This document shows positions 18,490 through 27,225 of a DNA stretch of 64,000 bases, piece by piece. The stretch is from Bacteroidales bacterium (lineage in GTDB: Bacteria > Bacteroidota > Bacteroidia > Bacteroidales > PUMT01). A model generated the notes under the pieces. That model was not told where the DNA came from. It worked only from the letters and a program-made list of their open reading frames with translations, and searched no databases. The first letter of the stretch is position 1. Every line of letters starts with the position of its first letter. The position numbers were made by a program, and so were the translations under genes. The stretch covers positions 83 through 64,082 of the forward strand of contig SLJO01000178.1 in the NCBI GenBank assembly GCA_007135095.1, read 5' to 3'.

Positions 18490-19745
18490 GCTCTATAATA
18501 AATACATCGGTTTTACCCTACTGTAAAGGTTGCGGGCATGGCCTTATAGCAAAGAATGCGGCCAGGGCTCTTGAAAATATGGGTATGCCGGCCCTGGAGG
18601 TAATAATTGTTACCGATATTGGCTGCCACGGGATAATTGACAGGTGCCTTAATACCCATACCGTGCACGGCCTTCACGGCCGGTCGGTAGCCCTGGGGGC
18701 AGGTATTGCTTTCGGACTTGACAATCCCGGGAAGAAGATAATAGTCTTTATCGGAGACGGAGGAAGTACGATCGGCCTGCAGCATATACTTGAGGCCGCA
18801 AGGCTGAACCTGAACATGACTGTTGTTGTTCACAACAATATGCTTTATGGCATGACCGGGGGACAGACAAGCGGGCTTACCCCGCGGGGGTTCAGGACAA
18901 ATACCTCCCTGGATGGCAACCCGTATTCCGGTTATGACGTTTGCGCATTATCTCATACCGCCGGGGCAGCATATGTTAGCAGGGTAACAGGGACAGGCGA
19001 TTTTTCAGCCTGCCTTCAGGAGGCTTTCGGCATTGACGGATTTTCCCTGGTTGAGGTAGTGGAGATATGCCCGGGCTATGGGGTAAGGCTCAATCCCGGA
19101 AAAAAGCTCCCTGAAATCATGGAGAACTCGGGAAGACCGCCGGGCCAATGGCGAAAGAGCAGGGAGGCATTCAGGCTGGTCCGGGGTGCCGTAACTGCAG
19201 ACCTTGTGGCAGAATTACAGGTTGTCGAACCTGACTTTAAATGTTCCCTTTATGAGCCTTTATCCTTAGTAATAAGTGGTTCGGCAGGTGAGGGGGTGCA
19301 GCTTGCAGCAAGCCTTCTCAGTACTGCAGCCCTCCGTTCCGGATGCCATGTCACCAGGAAGGGTAGCTATCCCGTTACGGTGGGCGTTGGCTTTTCCACG
19401 GCAGAACTTATTTTGTCGCCGGAACCAATCGGTTATCATGGAATAGAGATTCCAGACGCAGTGGTCATTACCTCGGCCGACGGACTTGCCCACAACAGCA
19501 AAAGGATAGCGGAAATGGTAAAGGGGAAGCTTTTTATTGACACCAGCCTTGATCCGCCTGAAACCGGTGCAGAGGTTCACAGTCATGATTTCCGTTCCAC
19601 GGGCAGCCGCTCAGCCAGCTTATTTGCCCTGTTCATGTTTGCCGCCAGAACCGGTTATGTATCCAGGGATGCCTTGTACCGGACGGTAATCGACAGCAGG
19701 CTGCAGGAAAAAATCCCCCTTGCAAGGATTATGGAGCTGATCTGA
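18486..19745 (+). CDS. 2-oxoacid:ferredoxin oxidoreductase, beta (TPP-binding) subunit fused to gamma domain
   Basis: N-terminal CKGCGHG...DIGCHG and the TPP motif GDGG...NNMLYGMTGGQ. C-terminal ISGSAGEGVQLAASLL is a gamma-subunit domain. ATGA start/stop overlap with the alpha gene. Confidence 0.85.
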   Translation: MSSIINTSVLPYCKGCGHGLIAKNAARALENMGMPALEVIIVTDIGCHGIIDRCLNTHTVHGLHGRSVALGAGIAFGLDNPGKKIIVFIGDGGSTIGLQHILEAARLNLNMTVVVHNNMLYGMTGGQTSGLTPRGFRTNTSLDGNPYSGYDVCALSHTAGAAYVSRVTGTGDFSACLQEAFGIDGFSLVEVVEICPGYGVRLNPGKKLPEIMENSGRPPGQWRKSREAFRLVRGAVTADLVAELQVVEPDFKCSLYEPLSLVISGSAGEGVQLAASLLSTAALRSGCHVTRKGSYPVTVGVGFSTAELILSPEPIGYHGIEIPDAVVITSADGLAHNSKRIAEMVKGKLFIDTSLDPPETGAEVHSHDFRSTGSRSASLFALFMFAARTGYVSRDALYRTVIDSRLQEKIPLARIMELI

Positions 19746-19783
19746 GGTATGAAGAAGTATTGATTTACAGTATTTAAAAATCT

Positions 19784-19814
19784 TTTGAAAAAACGAAAAA
19801 AGTTGTTACTTTTG
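19784..19814 (+). promoter_or_regulatory. Bacteroidota-type promoter of the rpsF-rpsR-rplI operon (-33 TTTG / -7 TACTTTTG)
   Basis: TTTG at 19784-19787 and TACTTTTG at 19807-19814, separated by exactly 19 nt, the spacing reported for Bacteroides sigma-AB promoters. Lies 39 nt upstream of the rpsF ATG. Confidence 0.55.
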
Positions 19815-19852
19815 CAGCCTGTTTAATTAAAATCAATTAATATTATCAAACT

Positions 19853-20206
19853 ATGTTAAACCAGTATGAAACCGTTTTCATTATAACTCCCATTTTGTCT
19901 GAAGTCCAGATGAAGGAAGCGGTTGAAAAAGTCAGAAAAATCATTACTGACAACGGAGGAGAAATCGTATACCATTTGGACTGGGGATTAAAAAAGTTAG
20001 CATATCCCATAGCCAACAAGTCTACAGGATTTTATAATCATTTTGAGTTCAGGGCCCCTGGTGAGCTTATTGCAAAACTTGAGACCGAATACAAACGCGA
20101 TGAGCGTATTCTCAGGTTTCTGACTTTTCGCATGGATAAATATTCCATCGAATACAGTGAAAAAAGACGTTCTAATGCTAACAAGGAAGTAAAAAAGGAA
20201 GAATAA
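19853..20206 (+). CDS. rpsF: 30S ribosomal protein S6
   Basis: MLNQYETVFIITP... is the canonical S6 N-terminus. Operon context with S18 and L9. Confidence 0.95.
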   Translation: MLNQYETVFIITPILSEVQMKEAVEKVRKIITDNGGEIVYHLDWGLKKLAYPIANKSTGFYNHFEFRAPGELIAKLETEYKRDERILRFLTFRMDKYSIEYSEKRRSNANKEVKKEE

Positions 20207-20209
20207 GCC

Positions 20210-20479
20210 ATGGCACAAAATCAATCAGAAATCAGGTATCTTACCCCGCCGACGGTAGAGATCAAGAGAAAAAAATATTGCCGTTTCAAGAAGAACAAAA
20301 TCAAGTATGTCGATTATAAGGATCCCGAATTCCTGAAAAAGTTTTTGAATGAACAGGGGAAAATCCTTCCACGCAGAATTACCGGGACATCCCTGAAATT
20401 TCAAAGAAAAGTATCAACAGCAATTAAACGCGCCCGTCACCTGGCTTTGCTGCCTTATGTAACGGATATGTTAAAATAA
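20210..20479 (+). CDS. rpsR: 30S ribosomal protein S18
   Basis: [18 protein letters not shown]...ILPRRITG...[11 protein letters not shown] is the canonical S18 sequence. Confidence 0.95.
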   Translation: MAQNQSEIRYLTPPTVEIKRKKYCRFKKNKIKYVDYKDPEFLKKFLNEQGKILPRRITGTSLKFQRKVSTAIKRARHLALLPYVTDMLK

Positions 20480-20497
20480 TAAATTGGAGGAAATAAA

Positions 20498-20944
20498 ATG
20501 GATATTATTTTAAAACAGGATGTACCTAATCTGGGTCATGCCGATGATATTGTTACAGTCAAGAACGGTTATGGCAGAAATTTCCTTATTCCACAGGGCA
20601 TTGCTGTACTTGCCACCACGTCTGCAAGGAAAATGCATGCTGAAAATCAGAGGCAAAGAGCCCACAAAGAGGAAAAAATAAGGAACGATGCCGAAGCTTT
20701 CAAAGCCAAAATGGAAGGCACCAAAATTACCATCGGAGCCAAAACAAGTACAAAAGGCAAGATATTCGGGTCGGTAAACACCATACAAATTGCTGAATCG
20801 CTTAGTAAAATGGGATTTGAAGTGGAACGCAAGCAAATCACTATCAAAGAGGACACCGTAAAGGAGGTTGGAACCTATACAGCAACCGTAAAGCTTTACA
20901 AGGATATCAGAGTGGATATTGAATTCGAGGTAGTGCCGGAATAA
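20498..20944 (+). CDS. rplI: 50S ribosomal protein L9
   Basis: MDIILKQDVPNLGHADDIVTVKNGYGRNFLIPQG is the canonical L9 N-domain. A GGAGG lies 7 nt upstream of the ATG. Confidence 0.95.
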   Translation: MDIILKQDVPNLGHADDIVTVKNGYGRNFLIPQGIAVLATTSARKMHAENQRQRAHKEEKIRNDAEAFKAKMEGTKITIGAKTSTKGKIFGSVNTIQIAESLSKMGFEVERKQITIKEDTVKEVGTYTATVKLYKDIRVDIEFEVVPE

Positions 20945-20973
20945 CACATAACATATAATTTTTTATGGCATGA

Positions 20974-21003
20974 GGGCCTTTTCCACCAGGGAAAGGCCCT
21001 TTT
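20974..21003 (+). terminator. Rho-independent terminator after rplI
   Basis: 11-bp stem gggccttttcc / gggaaaggccc (one G-U pair) with a 4-nt loop, followed by TTTT. Confidence 0.7.
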
Positions 21004-21363
21004 CGACATCAGCCCTCCCCGGGCTGGCCAGCCTGTCCTGATTGGCACCCTGCTGCCGGCTTCCGGTTGTTGTCAGGTCCACTGATTGCAGATGCAGGTT
21101 AAATCCTTGTTTTGTTATGGGTTGATGGCGGAATTTGCATCGACATCTTTCTGGAACCAGGCAGACTGTATATTGGCATACACCCCTGGCTCATTCATCC
21201 TCAATACAGCTAAAACTAAAAAATTACTACGGGTGGTTATTCTGCAATAACTCCATGCAGCAATTTTAAGATTTATTTTACCTTTACCGGCACTCATAAA
21301 TACCTTTTAACCCTTCTTGTATTTTAACCGGGCAACCTGTCATAGAACTTTCAATAAGAGTAA

Positions 21364-22587
21364 ATGATCTCAAAGATTAAAATTATACTCAAATCAATAG
21401 GACCCGGGTTTATCATTGCCTCTGTGGTATTGGGACCAGGGAGCATAACCGTTTCATCACAGGTTGGTTCGGTTTACGGCTATAGTTTTCTCTGGGTTAT
21501 AATCATTTCGATTATATTCATGGCCAACTATACTTCCATGAGTGCCAGGTTCGGGGTAACGAATGATAACAGCATCCTTCAAACAATTGCAGTAAAATAC
21601 GGGCGCTGGTTTGCTATTGCTGTAGGCGCCTCTGCATTTCTTTCAAGCCTGAGCTTTCAGTTCGGCAATAATATCGGTGTAGGCATAGGTATGCATGGGA
21701 TAACCGGCATCAATGAACGGATTTGGCCATTGATCTTTACTCCGTTAGCCATAATATTACTGTTCTGGGCAAAGAATCTCTATAAGATACTGGAAAAGCT
21801 GATGATGGTACTTGTGGGTGTCATTATTATCTCCTTTTTCATTAACCTTACACTAACCAGTCCCCAATTCATTCCTATTGCAAAAGGATTTGTCCCCCAG
21901 CCGGTGGCCGGTGATCAGTATAGCATAGTATCGGCCCTTATGGGAACTACTTTCTGCCTGGCAGTTGCAATGTATTATTCCTATCTTGCCCAGAACAAGG
22001 GCTGGAAAAAAGAAAACCTGAAAAGCAGCTTAAGGGATACCTATGTCGGAATGTTCATGCTTGCTTTTATCAGCTGCATAATAATTATAACATCAGCCTC
22101 CTCCCTTAACCCTTTCGGGATAAGGGTGAATTCTGCAGCGGATATGGCCATACAGCTTGAATCATTGTTTGGGGTATACGCAAAGGTGATTTTCAGCCTG
22201 GGATTGTGTGCTGCAGCTTTCTCGTCTCTGATGGTCAATTCAGTGGTCGGGGGGGGGCTGCTGGCCGACGGATTGGGTATGGGACGGTCTATGAATGAAA
22301 AAAAGCCCAAAATATTTATCCTGATAATTTTGCTCGCCGGCATGTTCATCGCTGTCTTCATGAGAGGGAACATCATTTATGCCCTGATAATAGCCCAGGC
22401 CTCATCAATCCTCTCGGTTCCCCTTGTTGCCATAGGTTTGATCATGGTGCTCAACAGCAGGGAGATAATGGGGAAGCACCGGAATAACTGGTGGCAGAAT
22501 GCTATAGCGTTTATGGGTTTGCTGAGCATCAGTTTAATGGTATTTTTCATGTACCGTTCGCTTGTGATTTATCTAGGTGCCTTATAA
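21364..22587 (+). CDS. mntH: NRAMP-family divalent metal (Mn2+/Fe2+) transporter
   Basis: 407 aa, 11-12 TM segments. N-terminal GPGFIIASVVLGPGSIT (the DPGN-region equivalent) and overall NRAMP topology. Confidence 0.8.
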   Translation: MISKIKIILKSIGPGFIIASVVLGPGSITVSSQVGSVYGYSFLWVIIISIIFMANYTSMSARFGVTNDNSILQTIAVKYGRWFAIAVGASAFLSSLSFQFGNNIGVGIGMHGITGINERIWPLIFTPLAIILLFWAKNLYKILEKLMMVLVGVIIISFFINLTLTSPQFIPIAKGFVPQPVAGDQYSIVSALMGTTFCLAVAMYYSYLAQNKGWKKENLKSSLRDTYVGMFMLAFISCIIIITSASSLNPFGIRVNSAADMAIQLESLFGVYAKVIFSLGLCAAAFSSLMVNSVVGGGLLADGLGMGRSMNEKKPKIFILIILLAGMFIAVFMRGNIIYALIIAQASSILSVPLVAIGLIMVLNSREIMGKHRNNWWQNAIAFMGLLSISLMVFFMYRSLVIYLGAL

Positions 22588-22617
22588 GTACATGGGGCCT
22601 GCAGGCCGGTGGCCGTC

Positions 22618-22995
22618 TTATCTTACGGCAACAGTCTCTATTTCCACCATAACCCCCATGGGAAGCTTTACAACGGCATAGGCTGCCCTTGCGGGAGGAT
22701 CTTCCGGGTAGAATCCTGCATAGACCTCATTCATGGCACTGAAATCTTCCATATCAGCCAGCAGGCAGGTTGATTTGATCACATCAGTAAATTCGTAGCC
22801 TGCTTCCTTCAATATGGCATATATGTTCTTCATGACCTGCCCGGTCTGCTCCCTTATTCCTCCCTTTACTATCTCCCCGGTTGCCGGATCAATTGGAATC
22901 TGGCCTGAAATATACAGGGTCCCCTTTATTTCTACTGCCTGTGAATAAGGACCAATAGCTTTCGGAGCATCTGGTGTGTTTATTATCCTTTTCAT
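22618..22995 (-). CDS. ridA: RidA family reactive-intermediate deaminase (YjgF/TdcF)
   Basis: 125 aa. APKAIGPYSQAV...LYISGQIP...ARAAYAVVKLPMGVMVEIE is the canonical RidA sequence. Confidence 0.95.
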   Translation of the reverse strand: MKRIINTPDAPKAIGPYSQAVEIKGTLYISGQIPIDPATGEIVKGGIREQTGQVMKNIYAILKEAGYEFTDVIKSTCLLADMEDFSAMNEVYAGFYPEDPPARAAYAVVKLPMGVMVEIETVAVR

Positions 22996-23086
22996 TATTT
23001 ATGGTTTAAGTTATTTGTTGAGAAGAAGTTGTTGCCCGGTCGTGATACTTGCAGCACGCCGGATAATATGAAATGATACCGGTTTA

Positions 23087-25867
23087 TTATCTGAAGAAGT
23101 TATCATACCAACTTCTTGTGGTATGGTATTTCAGATCCTTCAACAGTGAAGATTTTACTGCAATGGTGAAGTTCCAGCTTTTCCTGGATCCGAAAGGAAC
23201 TACCCCAAACCTCATATCCCAGCAATGCAGGTCTCTGAATATATTGATGCTGGTCATTGTAAAGTCCTTGGCCCTGAAATCATATCCGGAACTGAACTGT
23301 ATTTTCCATCTTGGGGTCAGGCTGACATCGCCTGAGAAATTAAGGGTCTGGTTGATCTGACCCTCGTCACGTGGTTTTGTATAGTTCAGGTTATAACGGA
23401 CATTCAGGTCCCATGGAACGTTGAAATCTACATAATCGCCGTAATAATGGACGGTATGGTCTATATCATCAAGATGGCCAAATATATCTTCACCCGGCTG
23501 AACGCCGTCCATCATAGGATCCATTCCGGGCTGCCTTTGTTCCCCGGGAAAACTTTCTGCTCCCCGGCTGGTTGATGCAGCCGATCTGAGGCTCATAGTC
23601 ATGCTTAACCCTGCCCTGGTGATCCTGCCTGGCGACCGGTTGACATTCCATTGAAAAGCATCGTACCTTCTGAAATTTTCATCAAGAGCATAGGGATCCA
23701 TTACTGCATTAAAGTTTACCCGGACTTTGTTATCGAACAGGCTTGTATTACCGGTCATATTTATATTCGACCAGTTCAGGGAATCGGCGTATACATTATA
23801 GCTGGTGGAAAAGTTCAGCCTGTCAAGAAGTTTTACTGTTTTCGACTGTGCAACAGTGTCTCTTGAGCCCCTGACCTTCATTTCGATATTATTTGCCAGG
23901 CTGAAGTTTATAGAACCCGCCCTGCCCCTTATGCTGGGGGTCCCGTACATTCCATTTTCAAAAATAGAATAGGTTGTTTCATTACCCAGTGTATCACGCT
24001 GAACTGTCCTGTAGTAATCGGGAAGCAGCCCCTGCATATCGGGCGTGAAACTAAAGCTCACCGAGGGGGTCATAACATGCCTGACTGCCTCCACACGGGA
24101 ATTCTGGAACAGGAACATACCATATATGTTCTGGCTGAAGCCGGTTGAAAAGTTTGGATTGATGGCATGACCGTATACCACACCTGGAATAGTATCGGTG
24201 ATGAGGCTGGGGACTGTCTCGCCGCTAACCGGGTCGGTATAATCGTCAACCCATGTTTTTCTTATTGAATTCGTATACATTACACCCGAATAAGCTATAC
24301 CGGGGGTTATGTTAATCAGGTTAAGCAGCCTGAAGTTGGCCCTTAATGGAATATCATGCTGGAAGCCGCTTTGCATATCACCCAGGGTTTCCCTTCTGAA
24401 AAGCAATGTATCGTAGGTATTTAACCTGTTATCAAGTTTGGAGTTATAGCTGACCTCAATATTGTCATACCATCTGGCTGCCCCTACTCTGTCAGTGTTC
24501 CTGAAAGGGTACTGCCTGGCCATGTTAAAAGTCACCGCGGGAAGGCCGAGGTTCACGGTTTGGTTTGAAAAGTTCTGGTTGGCCCGCATACTGCTGTTAA
24601 GGGAAAACGGAGAATCCGGCCACCGGCGACTATAGGAAATGCTTGACTGGGCAGTGTTGGTTGCATAAGTATCGGGATTGACGGTGGTGTAATTGAATTT
24701 ATTGAAAGAGCTGGAACCGAAATTCACGCTTGCCGAGAAATTACTGTACGGAGAAGCCTTGGCATCCTGCCGGTGCTGCCAGGCTATATTATAGGAGGTA
24801 TTTTCCTGGAAGGTTGCAAACCCCCTTTCCCCGACAACATTCTGGGAGTACGCGTACCTGAAGCTGCCGTTATAACGGTAGCGCTTGCGGTAATTTGAAC
24901 TTGCATCCAGCGACCATGAACCAAGGCTGTATATATCACCCTGAACCCTGAGATCCATATACTCGTTAAGGTTCAGGTAGTAGCCCATATTGCGGAGGTA
25001 AAACCCCCTGCTGGCTTCCTCTCCATATGTCGGAAAAAGGATTCCGGATGTTCTCCCCCTTTTATTCGGAAAGAAGCCGAAGGGAACGGCAATAGGAAGG
25101 GGTATATCTTCAATTACAAGATAGGCCGGACCGGAGATCACCTTGTCGTCGGGAATTACCTTGGCCCGTGTCAGCGCAATATAAAAGTGCGGATGGTCAA
25201 GATCGCAGGAAGTATATTTCCCTCCATGTATATGAAGGTGGTCATTTTCGTGCTTTTTGGTGGTTTGCCCGTGAAGAAAACCTCCTTCCTGTTCGGTTAC
25301 AATACCGTGGATCAACCCTCTTTTGGTTTCGAAATTGTATCTCATCGTATTAGCCTCAAATGTTTCGGTTCCTTCAGTCATTACCGGTCTGCCGGTCACA
25401 TTTCCCAGGCTGTCGGTTAATCCACTGGCAAAAACCTCATTCAGGGCAAGATCAATTTCGATATAGTCAGCCCTGAGTTCGATATCCTCATATATTACAT
25501 GGGCTTCGCCATAAAGGAATATCTTTTGCTCACTCACCGAAATATCCATTGAATCTACCGAGGTATAACTGACCTTTGAGCTTAAAAAATTGTTTTGTCG
25601 CCTTTGTTGTGGAAGTCCCTGGATTTCCCGGCTGGTTGCCGGCAGGCTTACATCAGGGTACAGGGTATCCGGTGCTGAAGGTCTTTGCAGCTGTGATGGG
25701 TCCTGCGATCCGGGTAATACCGGCAGGTTTGCATCAGGGTACAGAGTGTCCGGTGCTGAAGGTCTTTCCTGAGACCGGATTTCCGTTAGTTGAAAGATCC
25801 ACAACAAAAATAAAGAAATAATTATTAAGAAAGGCTTAAAAAGCTTGACAGGATTCTTATTATGCAA
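23087..25867 (-). CDS. lptD: LptD/OstA-like outer-membrane LPS-assembly protein (Bacteroidota long form)
   Basis: 926 aa. Signal/anchor segment, OstA-like N-domain (KIFLYGEAHVIYEDIELRADYIEIDL, YTSCDLDHPHFYIALTRAKV), then a long beta-barrel-like region ending in an aromatic residue. The first codon in the ORF track is TTG (25865-25867) and no nearby ATG exists. Confidence 0.75.
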   Translation of the reverse strand: MHNKNPVKLFKPFLIIISLFLLWIFQLTEIRSQERPSAPDTLYPDANLPVLPGSQDPSQLQRPSAPDTLYPDVSLPATSREIQGLPQQRRQNNFLSSKVSYTSVDSMDISVSEQKIFLYGEAHVIYEDIELRADYIEIDLALNEVFASGLTDSLGNVTGRPVMTEGTETFEANTMRYNFETKRGLIHGIVTEQEGGFLHGQTTKKHENDHLHIHGGKYTSCDLDHPHFYIALTRAKVIPDDKVISGPAYLVIEDIPLPIAVPFGFFPNKRGRTSGILFPTYGEEASRGFYLRNMGYYLNLNEYMDLRVQGDIYSLGSWSLDASSNYRKRYRYNGSFRYAYSQNVVGERGFATFQENTSYNIAWQHRQDAKASPYSNFSASVNFGSSSFNKFNYTTVNPDTYATNTAQSSISYSRRWPDSPFSLNSSMRANQNFSNQTVNLGLPAVTFNMARQYPFRNTDRVGAARWYDNIEVSYNSKLDNRLNTYDTLLFRRETLGDMQSGFQHDIPLRANFRLLNLINITPGIAYSGVMYTNSIRKTWVDDYTDPVSGETVPSLITDTIPGVVYGHAINPNFSTGFSQNIYGMFLFQNSRVEAVRHVMTPSVSFSFTPDMQGLLPDYYRTVQRDTLGNETTYSIFENGMYGTPSIRGRAGSINFSLANNIEMKVRGSRDTVAQSKTVKLLDRLNFSTSYNVYADSLNWSNINMTGNTSLFDNKVRVNFNAVMDPYALDENFRRYDAFQWNVNRSPGRITRAGLSMTMSLRSAASTSRGAESFPGEQRQPGMDPMMDGVQPGEDIFGHLDDIDHTVHYYGDYVDFNVPWDLNVRYNLNYTKPRDEGQINQTLNFSGDVSLTPRWKIQFSSGYDFRAKDFTMTSINIFRDLHCWDMRFGVVPFGSRKSWNFTIAVKSSLLKDLKYHTTRSWYDNFFR
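25639..25767. repeat. 81-nt direct duplication inside the lptD-like 5' region
   Basis: ccggcaggcttacatcagggtacagggtatccggtgctgaaggtcttt (25639-25686) recurs with 4 mismatches at 25720-25767. It encodes the duplicated peptide RPSAPDTLYPD[AV][NS]LP. Confidence 0.9.
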
Positions 25868-25878
25868 TTTTATTATAC

Positions 25879-25886
25879 TATTTTTG
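25879..25886 (+). promoter_or_regulatory. Candidate -7 promoter box (TATTTTTG)
   Basis: Matches TAnnTTTG in the 82-nt divergent intergenic region, 64 nt upstream of the amidase ATG. Confidence 0.3.
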
Positions 25887-25949
25887 TAATGAAATCAGTT
25901 CAAAAATTCAGAACATCAAAACTAACCAATAAAATCAAATTGGAGATCA

Positions 25950-27164
25950 ATGCTGAAGTTTTTACTATCAACATTTTATAAAACTAAACGGATTTCTATC
26001 TTAATTCTTGCTTTTAACGCAGTATTTTTACCAATATATGCAAACGGCATTAACGAAGGGGCCTACAGGCTCCGGAGGGTGGTTATTGATCCGGGCCACG
26101 GAGGCAGGGATCCCGGTGCTGTAGGCCGCAGTGGCAAGGAAAAGGACGTTGTCCTGGCCATATCACTTAAACTGGGAGGATACATTAATGAATTTTTGCC
26201 CGATGTGGAGGTAATTTACACCAGGACAACTGATGAATTTGTTGAACTGCACCGGCGGGCCGAAATAGCCAATCAGAACAATGCCGACCTGTTCATCTCC
26301 ATCCATGCAAATGCCAACAGAAACCGTCAGGTACGGGGTACTGACACTTTCGTCATGGGTCTTCATACATCAAAAGAAAACCTTGAGGTTGCACGCAAAG
26401 AAAATGCGGTAATACTTATTGAAGATGATTATGATCAACAGTATGAGGGGTTTGATCCCAATTCGCCGGAGTCGTATATTATTTTTTCGCTGATGCAGAA
26501 TACATTCCTGAGCCAGAGCCTGAATTTCGCATCCTATGTGCAGGATCAGTTCAGAGACAGGGCAGGCCGGATCGACCGGGGAGTAAGGCAGGCAGGATTT
26601 CTGGTGCTCTGGCAAACCACTATGCCAAGCGCACTGATCGAGGTTGGATTTATGTCCAACGAGGAGGAGGAGCGTTACCTTATGTCCGACCGGGGCCAGG
26701 CTTATATAGCTTCCGCTATTTTCAGGGCTTTCAGGGATTACAAGAATTCCATTGAAAGAAAAAGTGATGCATTGCATGCCTCTGTTGCTGATATGCCTCT
26801 CAGGGGAATAAGTGCGCAAAATACTGCAAATGAAGCTGTTGTTCTGGATGGTCCTGACATCGGACCCGGTCAGCACCCTGTAGATGAAACACTGTTGGAA
26901 ACCGGGCATGAGGAAATCATATACAAGATACAGGTCGGATCATCCAGACGTAAAATCCCCCTGGATTCAGATTATTTCAATGGCCTGAATGATATCGAGG
27001 TGTTCGAGTCGGACGGACTTTTCAAATATGTGACAGGCAATGCCGTCAAGCTTGAAGATATTGTTGCTTTCCGGAAAAGGATTTCTGAAATTTTCCCCGA
27101 TGCTTTCATTGTCGCCGTGCGCAGGGGCAGCCTGATATCACTGCAGGAGGCACTCGCAAATTAA
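25950..27164 (+). CDS. N-acetylmuramoyl-L-alanine amidase (Amidase_3) with C-terminal SPOR-like domain
   Basis: VVIDPGHGGRDPGAVG and SIHANA catalytic motifs with GFMSNEEEE. The C-terminal YKIQVGSSRRKIPLDSDYF...FIVAVRRG resembles a SPOR peptidoglycan-binding domain. Confidence 0.9.
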   Translation: MLKFLLSTFYKTKRISILILAFNAVFLPIYANGINEGAYRLRRVVIDPGHGGRDPGAVGRSGKEKDVVLAISLKLGGYINEFLPDVEVIYTRTTDEFVELHRRAEIANQNNADLFISIHANANRNRQVRGTDTFVMGLHTSKENLEVARKENAVILIEDDYDQQYEGFDPNSPESYIIFSLMQNTFLSQSLNFASYVQDQFRDRAGRIDRGVRQAGFLVLWQTTMPSALIEVGFMSNEEEERYLMSDRGQAYIASAIFRAFRDYKNSIERKSDALHASVADMPLRGISAQNTANEAVVLDGPDIGPGQHPVDETLLETGHEEIIYKIQVGSSRRKIPLDSDYFNGLNDIEVFESDGLFKYVTGNAVKLEDIVAFRKRISEIFPDAFIVAVRRGSLISLQEALAN

Positions 27165-27225
27165 GGACCCCGGGGACGGGACTTATGGATTAAAAACTGG
27201 TAGTGTATAATTATATTTCGCAATA

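Noticed and set aside
21115-21297. 60-aa minus-strand ORF with an ATG start in the rplI-mntH gap.
   Set aside because: It has no recognisable motif, TM segment or signal and is at the minimal length of the ORF track. It is kept only as part of the finding on the unexplained gap.
25845-25850. TTGACA hexamer (a sigma-70 -35 consensus) in the lptD/amidase divergent region.
   Set aside because: There is no TATAAT at 17 nt spacing, and Bacteroidota housekeeping promoters use -33 TTTG / -7 TAnnTTTG instead.
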